Assembly (NCBI RefSeq): GCF_035285525.1
Contig: NZ_JAYKGW010000154.1
Coordinates: 1-32,000 of the forward strand
Source of the DNA: Okeania sp.
GTDB taxonomy: Bacteria; Cyanobacteriota; Cyanobacteriia; Cyanobacteriales; Microcoleaceae
Length of the DNA stretch: 32,000 nt
Direction of reading: 5' to 3'
In this document: positions 16,427-27,200 of the stretch, one piece after another
Layout: every line of letters starts with the position of its first letter
Numbering within the stretch: the first letter of the stretch is position 1
The notes under the pieces: generated by a model
Databases searched by the model: none
The model's input: only the letters and a program-made list of their open reading frames with translations
Told to the model about the DNA's origin: nothing
Program-made: the position numbers and the translations under genes

Positions 16427-19400
16427 ATGAAGGAACAACAAAAAAGTGACCTAACAGCTATTATTGGCATAGCTTGTCGATTTCCAGGGGCAAATGACTA
16501 TAATCAGTTCTGGGAAAATATAGAAGCAGGAGTAAATAGCATTAGTGAAATTCCTCCCCAAAGGTGGGAAATAGAAAAACATTATTCTCCTCTTCCTAAT
16601 CAACCAAATAAGACAATAAGTAAATGGGGTGGATTAGTAGAAGGTATAGATGAGTTCGATGCCGAGTTTTTTAGTATTTCTCCGAGAGAAGCAGGAAAGG
16701 TAGACCCACAACATAGAATAATGTTGGAACTGAGCTGGTCTTGTATCGAAGATGCGGGTTACTCACCATCTGCATTTTCGGGAAAAGATGTGGGTGTTTT
16801 TATGGGGGCTTGTAACTATGACTCCATTCTCTTGATGAACCGAAATCAAGACAATGTAGAAGGTCATAGTGGAACGGGAACTTGGACTTGTATGATTCCC
16901 AACCGTATCTCTTCATTTTTTAATCTGCATGGTCCAAGTATTCCTATAGATACAGCTTGTTCGAGTTCATTAGTAGCTGTTCATTATGCACTTAAGTCCC
17001 TAAAAGAATCAGAATGTGAAATGGCATTAGTGGGTGGCATCAGCGTATTATTTACCTCAACAACATATATCCAGATGAGTCAACTGGGGATGTTGTCACC
17101 AACAGGTCAATGTAGAACATTTAGTAGTGATGCTGATGGTTATGTTAGGGGAGAAGGAGCAGGAGTAGTTTTATTAAAGCCTCTGACCAAAGCAATGGAG
17201 GATGGAGACCGGATTTATGGTGTAATTAAAGGAAGTGCTATTAATCATGGAGGTAAAGCTAGGACTATCACATCTCCCAATGTTTATTCCCAAGCTCAAG
17301 TTATTCGTTCTGCTTATACTAATGCCAATGTTTCCCCGAATACAGTATCTTACATGGAATCCCATGGAACGGGGACACCATTGGGAGATCCAATCGAAGT
17401 TAATGCTTTGAAAAGAGCCTACAGACAACTATATCAACAGTATGGAGTAGAAAAAACAGATAATTCCTACTGTGGAATAGGAGCAGTAAAAAGTAATATA
17501 GGGCATTTAGAAGGAGCAGCAGGGATTGCTGGACTAATAAAAGTCTTGTTAGCAATGAAGTACAAAAAGCTACCCAAAATTGTTAACTTCAAGGAATTAA
17601 ATCCACGGATTAGTCTGAAAGGTACTCCTTTTTATCTCATAGAGGAAACCCAAGAATGGGAAAGATTAAAAAATGAATCAGGGGAAGATATTCCGAGACG
17701 AGCAGGTTTAAGTTCCTTTGGTATCGGTGGTGTTAATGCTCATATTGTATTAGAAGAATCCCCAGAAGTAGAAAGGGTAGGGAATATAGAGGGTTCAGTT
17801 AATATTTTAAGTTTGTCGGCGAAAACAGAAACAGCTCTTGCTGATCTAGTTAATAGTTATGAAAATTATTTAGAAGCAGAAAATAATGATGAGTTAGCAG
17901 ATATTTGCTACACAGCAAACATTGGGAGAAACGACTTTAGTCATAGATTAGCATTCATCACTTCCGGAAAACCAGATTTATTAGAAAAAATTAAACAATA
18001 CAAACAGGGAGAGGAAGTTACTGGCATCTGTTCGGGAAAAATAACCAGCCAAACTACGACAAAAATAGCTTTTCTATTTACTGGTCAAGGTTCTCAATAT
18101 CTGCAAATGGGAAGGGAGTTATATAATACTCAACCAACTTTTAAGGAAGCTATCGACAAGTGTAATGAGATTCTGGGAAAATATCTAGAAGTTCCTTTAT
18201 TAGATGTACTTTATCCTGATGATGAAACTTCGACTTTAATCAACCAAACAGCTTATACTCAACCAGCTATATTTGCTCTAGAGTATGCCTTAGCTAAGTT
18301 ATGGTCATCTTGGGGTATTAAACCAGATGTAGTCATGGGTCATAGTGTAGGTGAATATGTCGCAGCAACAGTGGCTGGAGTATTTAGTTTAGAGGATGGT
18401 CTGAAATTAATTGCTACTAGGGGTCGGTTGATGCAACAGTTACCCGCAGGTGGAGAAATGGTGTCGGTGATGGCATCGGAGTCAAAAGTAGAATCTGTTA
18501 TTACTCCTTATACAGACAAGGTAGCGATCGCTGCGATAAATGGACCTCAGAGTATAGTGATATCAGGAGCTGCGCCAGAAGTAAAAGATATTATTAGTAG
18601 TTTAAAATCAGAAGGAATCAAAGCCAAAAAACTACAAGTATCCCATGCTTTTCATTCACCGTTGATGGAACCAATGTTGAAAGAATGGGAAGCAGTAGCG
18701 AGTCAACTAACTTACAATCAGCCCAAGATACCAGTAGTATCAAACGTTACAGGAAAGGTGGCAGATGAAAGCATAACAACAACCAAATATTGGGTAGATC
18801 ATGTACGTCAACCAGTAAGATTTTTCCAAGGGATGGAAGTCTTACATCAAGAGGGTTATGACATATTCCTAGAAATCGGGCCGAAACCAATATTATTGGG
18901 TATGGGGCGTCGGTGTTTACCCGATCATCTAGGAGAATGGTTACCATCGTTACGTCCTAATGCCGATGAATGGCAACAAATATTATCAAGTTTAGGGAAG
19001 TTGTATGTTAAGGGGGTAGAAGTTGATTGGTTAGGATTCGAGCAAGATTATAGCCGTAAGAAAGTTTCATTGCCTACATATCCATTCCAACGACGACGGT
19101 ATTGGGTAGAGGAGAGTAGCCAGCAGAAACAGCGATCGCCAAGAACTTTTGGCTCCCAAGTGCCAATACATCCATTATTGGGTTACAAAATTGATATCGC
19201 AGGCCAGCAAAAGATTTTTGAATCATTCCTGGGAGCAGAGAATCCAGAATACCTCAAAGATCATAAAGTATTTGCAGAACCTCTGTTACCAACAACAGCA
19301 TATTTGGAAATGGCTTTAGCAGCAGGTAAAAGCCAATATCAAACTCCACTGATAGAAGTAAAAGAACTGAGTATAGAGCGGGGGTTAGTTTTATCCGAAG

Positions 19401-22400
19401 CCGAGAAAATAGTTCAGACGATACTTACCCCATTAGAAAATGATATCTATCAGTTCCAGATATTTTCTCAACAACAGGAAGGGGAAGAAAACCAAAAATG
19501 GCTACTCCATGCAGCAGGTAAAATACAGCCAGGAGCGCCAGAAGTAAAAGAAACCAAATTTGAAACAGAGAAATATTTAGCTGAATGCAGTGAATCTGTA
19601 GAAGTTGCCAAACATTATCAGAGTAGTGAGGAAATGGGAATTAGTTATGGTCCCAGTTTTCAAAGAATAAAACAGCTCTGGAAAGGAGATAGTCAAGCTA
19701 TCGCTAAAATTATTCTGGCTCCAGAAATGGCAGCTACTATTGGGGAGTATAATATACATCCAGTAATGTTAGATTCTGCATTGCAGGTAATCTTTAATGC
19801 ACTGCCAGTAGAAGACAATGATAGTCAACAAACATATTTGCCAGTAGGGGTAGATAAGTTAACAATTTATAATCCGGCAGAATCATCTATGTATGCTTAT
19901 GGGTCAGTAGATGGTGCGGGTGCAGGAAATTGGAAAGCTGATGTGATTCTCGGCAACGAATCAGGTAAAATAGTTGCTAAAATTTCTGGGTTACGAGTGA
20001 AAGCAGCAAGCAAGGAAGCTTTAATTGGCAAAAAAGAAGAATCTATTACTAACTTGCTGTATGAGATAGAATGGCGGGCAAAAGGACGTTTGGGCAGGAC
20101 GTTGCCACCAGATTATTTGCTGGCTCCTAAAGATATTGAACAGCAACTAGAACCAACTATTAAGGAATTGATAGTTCAAGCTCAATTAGAAAGCTATCAA
20201 GAAGTCCCAGGAAAACTAGAAGCATTAAGTCTGGATTATGTGTTACAGGCGATTAAAGAATTAGGGTGGAATTATCAAGCTGGAGATAGTTTTGATAGTG
20301 AAAAAGAATTAGAAAGCTTAGGTATCGTAGAAATTCAACAACGTCTTTTCAAACGAATGCTACAGATGATGGCAGAAGGCGGAATAATTGAACCAGTAGC
20401 TGGCACAGATACTCAGTGGAATGTACTGCAAACATTAGATGTAGAGCCAAAGCAAGGGAAAAAAAGAGGAGACGAACTACTGAGTCAATATCCAGAGGCA
20501 GGAGCTGAGTTAACACTTTTAAATCGTTGTGCGTCTAAATTAAGTTTGGTATTGCGGGGAGAAACTGACCCGGTACAGTTAGTGTTTCCATCAGGAGATT
20601 TGAGTACAGCAACTAGGGTATATCAAGACTCCACTATAGCGAAATTGATGAATACTGTAGTAGAAAAAGCGATCGCTACAGCTATTGCTCAACTACCAAA
20701 ATCTCAAAGTGTCAGGTTGTTAGAAATAGGAGCAGGAACTGGAGGAACTACAAGTTATATTTTACCGAGTCTACCAGAAAATAATACGGAGTATATATTT
20801 ACTGACTTGGGAGCTTTGTTTACAGCCAAAGCCAAAGAAAGATTTGGGGATTATCCTTTTGTAGATTATCAGATATTAGATATAGAAGCAGATCCAACAA
20901 CTCAGGGTTATAATGCTCATCAATATGATGTAATTATTGCAGCGAATGTTCTCCATGCAACAGCTAACTTGACAGAAACCCTATCTAATGTACGAAAACT
21001 TTTAGCACCAGGGGGAATATTAGTTTTATTTGAACTAACAAGTCGTCAGCGATGGTTAGATTTAGTATTTGGATTATTGGAAGGATGGTGGAGATTCCAA
21101 GATTTAGAAATACGACCTGATTATCCTCTACTGAGTCGTTCCAAGTGGCAAGAGGTATTGCAGAAAACAGGTTTTACTGAAGTCGTAAGTTTACCAGAAG
21201 TTGAGGGAATGCCAGAAGTTTTGTATCAGCAATCAGTTATTGTTGCTCAGAATACAAAGGTATTACCACCATCATCAGAATCTAAAAATTGGTTGATATT
21301 AGCAGACAAACAGGGAGTAGCTGAAGAGTTAGCAACTAAACTAAAGTTTATGGGAGATGTTCCTCTTTTGGTATTTGCTGGAGAGAAATATCAAGATTTG
21401 GGAGAGGGTAAGTTTACTATTAATCCTAACAACCCAGAAGATTTTAAACAATTGATGGGAGCGGTTTCTTCCTTGTATGGAGTTGTGCAATGTTGGACGA
21501 CGGAAACTGGAGGCAGTGAAAAAATAGAAGAGTTATCGCGGTACGGGTGTGGAACAACTTTATATTTAGTTCAAGCACTGGTACAAGGAGGATTATCTCA
21601 GCCACCTCGTTTATGGTTAGTCACTTCTGGTTCTCAACCAGTACCATCTAGTAATTCCTTAATGGCAAAAGTAGGTCAATCTTCACTATGGGGAATGGGG
21701 AAAGTTATTAGCTTAGAACATCCAGAATTTAATTGTGTACGGATAGATTTAGATTCAGAAACAACTATAGAGAATCAAGCTAATGCGTTGTTTAAGGAAA
21801 TTTGGTCAGAAGATTTAGAAGATCAGGTAGGGTTCCGTGAAGATTATCGTTATATAGCTAGATTAGTTGCCAGTCATCACCAGGAACTCCCAGCTACAAG
21901 AGGACTGACAATACCATCCCAACCCTATAAACTGGGTATATCAGAAAAAGGCAGTTTAGACAGCTTAACCCTAGAAACAATCAAGAGAAATGCTCCAGCA
22001 CCAGGGGAAGTAGAGATTCAGGTAATGGCAACCGGACTTAATTTCCTAGATTTGGTGGCAACACTAGGATTAGTACCAGATGAAGTAGATGGTGTATCTC
22101 AAAAACATTTGAGAGAAATGGATAGATTTGGGGGAGAATGTGGTGGTTATGTAGTAGCAGTAGGAGAAGGAGTAAAAGGTTTAGAAATTGGTGATGAAGT
22201 TGTAGCTATGGCTAGAGGTAGCTTCAGTCAATATGTGACAGTTAACGCCAGTTATGTAGTGCCGAAGCCAGAAAATATAACTTTTGCAGAAGCAGCATCA
22301 ATACCAGCTAACTTTTTAACTGCTTATTATGCTTTACATCACGTTGCCAAGATTACTAAAGGCGATCGGATTCTGATTCATGCAGCAGCCGGAGGTACAG

Positions 22401-24079
22401 GAATGGCTGCGGTGCAAATAGCTCAAAAAGTAGGTGCAGAAGTTTTTGCGACAGCAAGTCCTCCTAAATGGGAGACTCTAAAACGAATGGGAGTCAAATA
22501 TATTATGAATTCCCGGACTGTGGAATTTGCTGACCAGGTAATGGAGTTTACTGAAGGGAAAGGAGTAGATATTGTTCTTAACTCTCTGACTTCAGGAGAT
22601 TTTGTGAGTAAAGGTTTGTCAGTAGTTACTTCTCAAGGTCGTTTTGTAGAAATAGGGAAACGGGGGGTATGGACATCTAGTCAAGTAGCAGAAGTGAGAC
22701 CAGATATATCTTATTCAGTAGTAGATTTGCTGCGAAAATCTGAGGAAGAACCAGAATTAATCAATTCCATGTTGCAGGAGTTAACAGCAGACTTCTCCAA
22801 CGGTTTATTGAAGCCACCACCTCTAAAAGTATTCCCTATAGAGGAAGTTGTCAGTGCCTTCCGTTATATGCAGCAAGCTAAACACATAGGTAAAATTGTG
22901 GTTACTCAACCCAAACAAGAGCCTGACAAACCTGTAAGTTTCCGTGATGACGCTGCATACTTAATTACGGGGGGTATGGGAGATATGGGTTTACTTATAT
23001 CTCGTTGGATGATTGCCAAAGGAGCCAAAAAATTAGTGCTAGTTGGACGTAGCACTCCCAATGAAACTGTAAAAGAGAAATTAGCAGAGTTAGAAAGTGC
23101 TGGAGCATCGGTGATAGTAGAAAAAGCTGATGTGTCCGACTGGGAAGCAATGAAGGGAGTTATGGAGAGGATTAATAATTCAAATACACCATTAGCAGGA
23201 GTTATGCACTCTGTTGGTGTATTATCAGATGGGGTGCTGCAAAATCAAACTTGGTCAAGCTTCGAGAAAGTGATGTCACCCAAGGTTTATGGTAGTTGGT
23301 ATCTACACCAGTTGACTAAAGACCAGCCATTGGACTTTTTCTTACTGTTTTCTTCAGCAGCATCCTTGTTTGGCTCCACTGCTCAGGCCAACCACTCAGC
23401 CGCCAATGCCTTTTTAGATGGTTTAGCTCATTATCGTCGAGGGATGAAATTACCAGGATTGAGTATTCATTGGAGTACGGTATCTCAGATTGGGGAAGCT
23501 GCTGCTATAGGGGCAGATGTGAGACTTGCAAAGCAAGGTGTAGGAGCGATTACCCCAGGTCAAATATTAGAATCTCTGGAACTATTAATGAGTGGTAAAG
23601 CTGCTCAGGATATAGAAGTTGGAGTAGTCCCGATTGACTGGTCAGCTTGGCAAGATAGAGTAAGCAAATGGAGGTTTTTAGCAGATTGGCAAAGATCTGT
23701 TGTTGAAGTTACAGCAACAGAAACCAAACTTTTAGAACAGCTAAAAGAATCATCACCAGAAGAACAAGAAAAAATATTAGTAGATTACCTGAAAGGTAAA
23801 GTAGCTAACATTTTTGGCATGACAGGATCCGAGACAATAAGTATAGAGGAATCTCTAACTACTATGGGACTTGATTCTTTGATGGCCGTTGAACTAAGGA
23901 ATCTGATCCAAAAAGAATTAGGATTTGATGTACCTATGCAAACAATCATTGAAGGTATCAGTATTTCAGAAATAGTTGATTTAGTTTCTAAACAGCTATT
24001 ACTAGAACAAGTTAGTTACTCAAATACTGCTTCACAAACTGAAGAAATAGATGAAGATATGGAGGAAATTACTTTATGA
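16427..24079 (+). CDS. Type I polyketide synthase, one fully reducing module: KS-AT-DH-cMT-ER-KR-ACP
   Basis: The track ORF begins at TTG 16415; the first ATG is 16427 (MKEQQKSD). All domain signature motifs are present (see the domain features). It ends in an acidic tail, EEIDEDMEEITL, and its stop overlaps the next start (ATGA at 24076-24079). Confidence 0.93.
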   Translation: MKEQQKSDLTAIIGIACRFPGANDYNQFWENIEAGVNSISEIPPQRWEIEKHYSPLPNQPNKTISKWGGLVEGIDEFDAEFFSISPREAGKVDPQHRIMLELSWSCIEDAGYSPSAFSGKDVGVFMGACNYDSILLMNRNQDNVEGHSGTGTWTCMIPNRISSFFNLHGPSIPIDTACSSSLVAVHYALKSLKESECEMALVGGISVLFTSTTYIQMSQLGMLSPTGQCRTFSSDADGYVRGEGAGVVLLKPLTKAMEDGDRIYGVIKGSAINHGGKARTITSPNVYSQAQVIRSAYTNANVSPNTVSYMESHGTGTPLGDPIEVNALKRAYRQLYQQYGVEKTDNSYCGIGAVKSNIGHLEGAAGIAGLIKVLLAMKYKKLPKIVNFKELNPRISLKGTPFYLIEETQEWERLKNESGEDIPRRAGLSSFGIGGVNAHIVLEESPEVERVGNIEGSVNILSLSAKTETALADLVNSYENYLEAENNDELADICYTANIGRNDFSHRLAFITSGKPDLLEKIKQYKQGEEVTGICSGKITSQTTTKIAFLFTGQGSQYLQMGRELYNTQPTFKEAIDKCNEILGKYLEVPLLDVLYPDDETSTLINQTAYTQPAIFALEYALAKLWSSWGIKPDVVMGHSVGEYVAATVAGVFSLEDGLKLIATRGRLMQQLPAGGEMVSVMASESKVESVITPYTDKVAIAAINGPQSIVISGAAPEVKDIISSLKSEGIKAKKLQVSHAFHSPLMEPMLKEWEAVASQLTYNQPKIPVVSNVTGKVADESITTTKYWVDHVRQPVRFFQGMEVLHQEGYDIFLEIGPKPILLGMGRRCLPDHLGEWLPSLRPNADEWQQILSSLGKLYVKGVEVDWLGFEQDYSRKKVSLPTYPFQRRRYWVEESSQQKQRSPRTFGSQVPIHPLLGYKIDIAGQQKIFESFLGAENPEYLKDHKVFAEPLLPTTAYLEMALAAGKSQYQTPLIEVKELSIERGLVLSEAEKIVQTILTPLENDIYQFQIFSQQQEGEENQKWLLHAAGKIQPGAPEVKETKFETEKYLAECSESVEVAKHYQSSEEMGISYGPSFQRIKQLWKGDSQAIAKIILAPEMAATIGEYNIHPVMLDSALQVIFNALPVEDNDSQQTYLPVGVDKLTIYNPAESSMYAYGSVDGAGAGNWKADVILGNESGKIVAKISGLRVKAASKEALIGKKEESITNLLYEIEWRAKGRLGRTLPPDYLLAPKDIEQQLEPTIKELIVQAQLESYQEVPGKLEALSLDYVLQAIKELGWNYQAGDSFDSEKELESLGIVEIQQRLFKRMLQMMAEGGIIEPVAGTDTQWNVLQTLDVEPKQGKKRGDELLSQYPEAGAELTLLNRCASKLSLVLRGETDPVQLVFPSGDLSTATRVYQDSTIAKLMNTVVEKAIATAIAQLPKSQSVRLLEIGAGTGGTTSYILPSLPENNTEYIFTDLGALFTAKAKERFGDYPFVDYQILDIEADPTTQGYNAHQYDVIIAANVLHATANLTETLSNVRKLLAPGGILVLFELTSRQRWLDLVFGLLEGWWRFQDLEIRPDYPLLSRSKWQEVLQKTGFTEVVSLPEVEGMPEVLYQQSVIVAQNTKVLPPSSESKNWLILADKQGVAEELATKLKFMGDVPLLVFAGEKYQDLGEGKFTINPNNPEDFKQLMGAVSSLYGVVQCWTTETGGSEKIEELSRYGCGTTLYLVQALVQGGLSQPPRLWLVTSGSQPVPSSNSLMAKVGQSSLWGMGKVISLEHPEFNCVRIDLDSETTIENQANALFKEIWSEDLEDQVGFREDYRYIARLVASHHQELPATRGLTIPSQPYKLGISEKGSLDSLTLETIKRNAPAPGEVEIQVMATGLNFLDLVATLGLVPDEVDGVSQKHLREMDRFGGECGGYVVAVGEGVKGLEIGDEVVAMARGSFSQYVTVNASYVVPKPENITFAEAASIPANFLTAYYALHHVAKITKGDRILIHAAAGGTGMAAVQIAQKVGAEVFATASPPKWETLKRMGVKYIMNSRTVEFADQVMEFTEGKGVDIVLNSLTSGDFVSKGLSVVTSQGRFVEIGKRGVWTSSQVAEVRPDISYSVVDLLRKSEEEPELINSMLQELTADFSNGLLKPPPLKVFPIEEVVSAFRYMQQAKHIGKIVVTQPKQEPDKPVSFRDDAAYLITGGMGDMGLLISRWMIAKGAKKLVLVGRSTPNETVKEKLAELESAGASVIVEKADVSDWEAMKGVMERINNSNTPLAGVMHSVGVLSDGVLQNQTWSSFEKVMSPKVYGSWYLHQLTKDQPLDFFLLFSSAASLFGSTAQANHSAANAFLDGLAHYRRGMKLPGLSIHWSTVSQIGEAAAIGADVRLAKQGVGAITPGQILESLELLMSGKAAQDIEVGVVPIDWSAWQDRVSKWRFLADWQRSVVEVTATETKLLEQLKESSPEEQEKILVDYLKGKVANIFGMTGSETISIEESLTTMGLDSLMAVELRNLIQKELGFDVPMQTIIEGISISEIVDLVSKQLLLEQVSYSNTASQTEEIDEDMEEITL
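16451..17758 (+). other. PKS1 ketosynthase domain (approximate bounds)
   Basis: IGIACRFPGA; DTACSSS with the Cys codon at 16958-16960; ESHGTGT; SNIGHLE; GGVNAHIVLEE. Confidence 0.9.
18065..18960 (+). other. PKS1 acyltransferase domain, malonyl-type motif (approximate bounds)
   Basis: FLFTGQGSQ; GHSVGEY with Ser at 18344-18346; HAFHS at 18644-18658. HAFH is the motif usually associated with malonyl-CoA. Confidence 0.85.
19160..19990 (+). other. PKS1 dehydratase domain (approximate bounds)
   Basis: HPLLG (His at 19169-19171); HKVFAEPLLP (His at 19262-19264, with Ala where Gly is usual); GISYGPSF; LDSALQ. Confidence 0.8.
20480..21230 (+). other. PKS1 C-methyltransferase domain (approximate bounds)
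   Basis: SAM motif I LLEIGAGTGG at 20717-20746. DVIIAANVLHAT and PGGILVLFE follow. It lies between DH and ER. Confidence 0.8.
21921..22910 (+). other. PKS1 enoylreductase domain (approximate bounds)
   Basis: NADPH motif HAAAGGTGMAAVQIAQ (22379-22402...) and an MDR-type fold pattern (GEVEIQV..GLNF.D). Confidence 0.85.
22949..23480 (+). other. PKS1 ketoreductase catalytic subdomain; the catalytic Tyr position reads His (approximate bounds)
   Basis: TGGMGDMG at 22967-22990; VLSDG (LDD-like); SPKVYG; LFSSAAS. The usual ..NYAAAN.. reads AQANHSAAN, with CAC at 23393-23395. Confidence 0.8.
23760..24000 (+). other. PKS1 acyl carrier protein domain (approximate bounds)
   Basis: GLDSLMAVEL, with the Ser codon at 23876-23878. 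Confidence 0.85.
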
Positions 24080-24237
24080 AACTGACCGAAATTCTGTCTC
24101 AAATCTCAAGCCAAGGCATTAAATTATGGGCTGAAGGTGATGAGTTGAAAATCCGTGCCCCCAAGGGAGCTTTAACAACAGAAACTCGCGATTTATTATC
24201 CAAAAATAAACTCGAATTACTTCATTTACTTCAGGAA
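24076..24237 (+). other. N-terminal TubC-type (beta-hairpin) docking domain
   Basis: LSQISSQGIKLWAEGDELKIRAPKGALTTETRDLLSKNKLELLHLL matches the remembered pattern of NRPS N-terminal docking domains (..G..LW.EGD.LR..AP.GAL....L...K..L...L). Confidence 0.7.
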
Positions 24238-27200
24238 AAAAGTAGTAATGTTAGTGCTACATCAGTACCTTTAGTTTATGTTGGTAGGGATAAAGATTTA
24301 CCAGTTACTTATCAACAGGAGCGTCTCTGGACTATAGATCAGTTAATGGGAAATAAGTTAAATCTCAATGTTTCTACGGCTCTAAAAATTGAAGGTTTAA
24401 TAGATATTCCATTGCTCCAAAAAAGCTGGAATGAAATTATTAGTCGTAATGAAAGTTTGAGGACTATTTTCAGTTTTGCAGAAGGATCGTTAATTCAGGT
24501 TATTGTTCCTAGTTTAGATTCTAAGATTTCAGTAATAGATTATCAAGGCTTAAGTAAGACGGAGCAAGAGAGGGCAATTTCGGAAATTATTGAAAAGGAA
24601 GCCGAACAATATTTAGATTTATCTCAAGGACCACTGGTACATTTAAAACTTTTGAGATGTAGTGAGACAGAGGGTGTATTAATATTAGTATCTCATCATA
24701 TTATTAGTGATGGTTTATCTCACAATTTTATATTCCGCGAACATATACTTTTGTATGATTCTTATCTAAGTCAAAAACCTTCTCCGTTACCAGAATTAGA
24801 TATTCAATATGGAGATTATTCTGTTTGGCAACGTCAGTTATTACAAGGAGAAGTATTACAAAAGGGAATAGATTTTTGGAAACAAGAACTAGCAAATATT
24901 TCTACTTTATATCCTGTACCATCTGATATCTTTCAAGTATCTCCAGGATTTAAAGCTATTAAAAAGAATTTTTCCATATCTATGACTACATGGCCTTTAA
25001 TACAAAAGGTGAGTAATCAATATAGTGTTACTCCTGTAGTTATTTTTCTATCAGTATTTTATGTATTGGTATTTCAATACTCTTTAAAACAGGATATTGT
25101 AGTTGGTCTTCCAGTTTCAGGAAGGTTGCACCATAAACTAGAATCTGCTATTGGTTACTTTACTGATAGTATTCTATTACGAGGCAAAATACCTGATAGT
25201 TCTATTACTTTTAAAGAATTACTGAAGAAAGTTAAAGAGGTGACGATAAAAGCTTATGCTAACCAACACATTCCTCTCAACTTTGTATCAGAATTTCTGA
25301 ATAAGCAAAACAATCAACAGTATAGAAATTTATTTCAGATTTTCTTTGACTATATTGACTTTGGAGGAAAAGAAAAGATTGAATCTCCTAACATGACAGG
25401 AACTATACTGGAAGAAAAGTTCCCTACAGATATAGATTTGTTCTTTCTTTTATTAAAATATGAACATGAGCTAAAAGGGTCTTTTGCTTACAATCCTGAT
25501 TTGTTTGAAGAAGAAACAATTACAGGTTTTATAGATTCCTTTTTATTACTTCTAGAAAAAGCAATTAATGCTCCAGAGACGAAAATAAACGATTTAGAAA
25601 TATCAGAAAATCTGGCAAAACGTAAGACAGAGATTCACAGTCAATCAAGAAAAATAAATCTGATAGAAACTGCTTTGAAATCTATTCCTGAAGTAAAAGA
25701 ATCTGCTATTTTAAACAGGGATAATCAACTGGTTGCTTATCTGGTGATTGAGGATAATTATTCTGTAGAAAAAGTAAAATATTTCCTAGAATCTTATCTA
25801 GATTCCGATTTTCTCCCTAAGGCTTATGTACCTGTTTCTAGCTTACCAAAAACAGAATCAGGAGAAATAGATGAAGCTGTTTTAACAAGTTTAGAAGTTA
25901 TTGACTCAGAATTAATAAATCTTTGGGAACAAAAACTGCGATCTCATCCCGAAATAGAAGAAGTAGCAGTAGTAGTGCAGCGGAAAGAAGCTTATCCAGT
26001 TATAGAAAGTAGGGGTTTGGAGACCAAACCCTATTTGGTCTCCAAGCCCTACCCCGGAACACCCGACTATCCAATACAACTTACCCAAGAAAATATTCCA
26101 GATACTGCCCCTGGAGAAGTAGATGAGATAGCAGCATCGGTAGAATTTAAAACTTGGGCAGACTTATTACCAGGTACTGATGAACCAGCAATATATAGCA
26201 CCGATGGTCGCCAACCTCTGACTCACTCACAACTCAAAGATTTTGTCAAGTGTCCTCCAGATAACGCTAGTCTCAGTTATCTGGGGATTAAAATAACTGA
26301 CCGGGTATGTGCTGCCATGGACAATGGACCAGAAGCAGCAACAGCATTTTTGTCCTTGGCACAACAATGTGTGTTTGCACCCATTAGCACATCTTTAACA
26401 GAAAAGCAAGTGCAATTTGAGTTGGAAGATCTGGGTGCAGTAGCTTTAGTATTGCAAAGAGGAGAAGCTAACAGCAGGGAGAATGCTAAGTTAAAAGCTT
26501 GTGCCGAAAGTTTAGGAGTGCGGGTGATTGAGCTAATACCCGATGCTTCAGTCTGCGGTTTATTTACTCTCGAAGAAGTCACGACTAATCAGGAAAATCA
26601 TCAACCAATAACAGCAGAGGACAATAAACCGACTCGTGACCATGTAGCTTTAGTGCTGCATACCAGCGGTACAACCAGAAAACCAAAAACAGTACCTTTG
26701 ACTCATGGAAATTTGACAGCAGGTTCCCTGACTATTAGTCGGACGATACAACTGACTCCAGAGGATACTTGCATCAATATTATGCCTCTGTTTCATATTC
26801 ACGGTCTTTCCGTTAATATTCTGGCTTCGATGTTAGCAGGTGCCAGCGTACTTTGTACTCCAGGGTTATACGCCACTGAAAACGGAGTAGGTGATTTCTT
26901 TAAGTGGTTGAAACCAGATGAGATAGGCGAGGGAAAAAAAATCACTTGGTATTCTGCTGTACCAACCATGCACCAAGCAATTTTGGAATATGCAGAACAA
27001 ACTATAACTGAAATAGGTAAAGCGCCCGACCATTCTCTCAGATTAATTCGTAACTGTTCGGCAGCACTGCTACCAGCTATTGTTGATAGAATGGCAACAG
27101 CATTTAATTGTGAAGTTTTGCCTACTTATGCGATGACAGAATCTATGCCTATTTGTAGTCCAGAAGTAGGAAAGGGTTTGCTCAAACGAGGTTCTGTAGG

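Noticed and set aside
14962-24079. GT4 plus large PKS as the heterocyst glycolipid (hgl/hglT) locus.
   Set aside because: As far as I recall, the hgl synthases have different domain layouts (multiple ACPs, separate hglC/D/E-type proteins, no cMT, no NRPS-like module). The assignment is not supported without a search.
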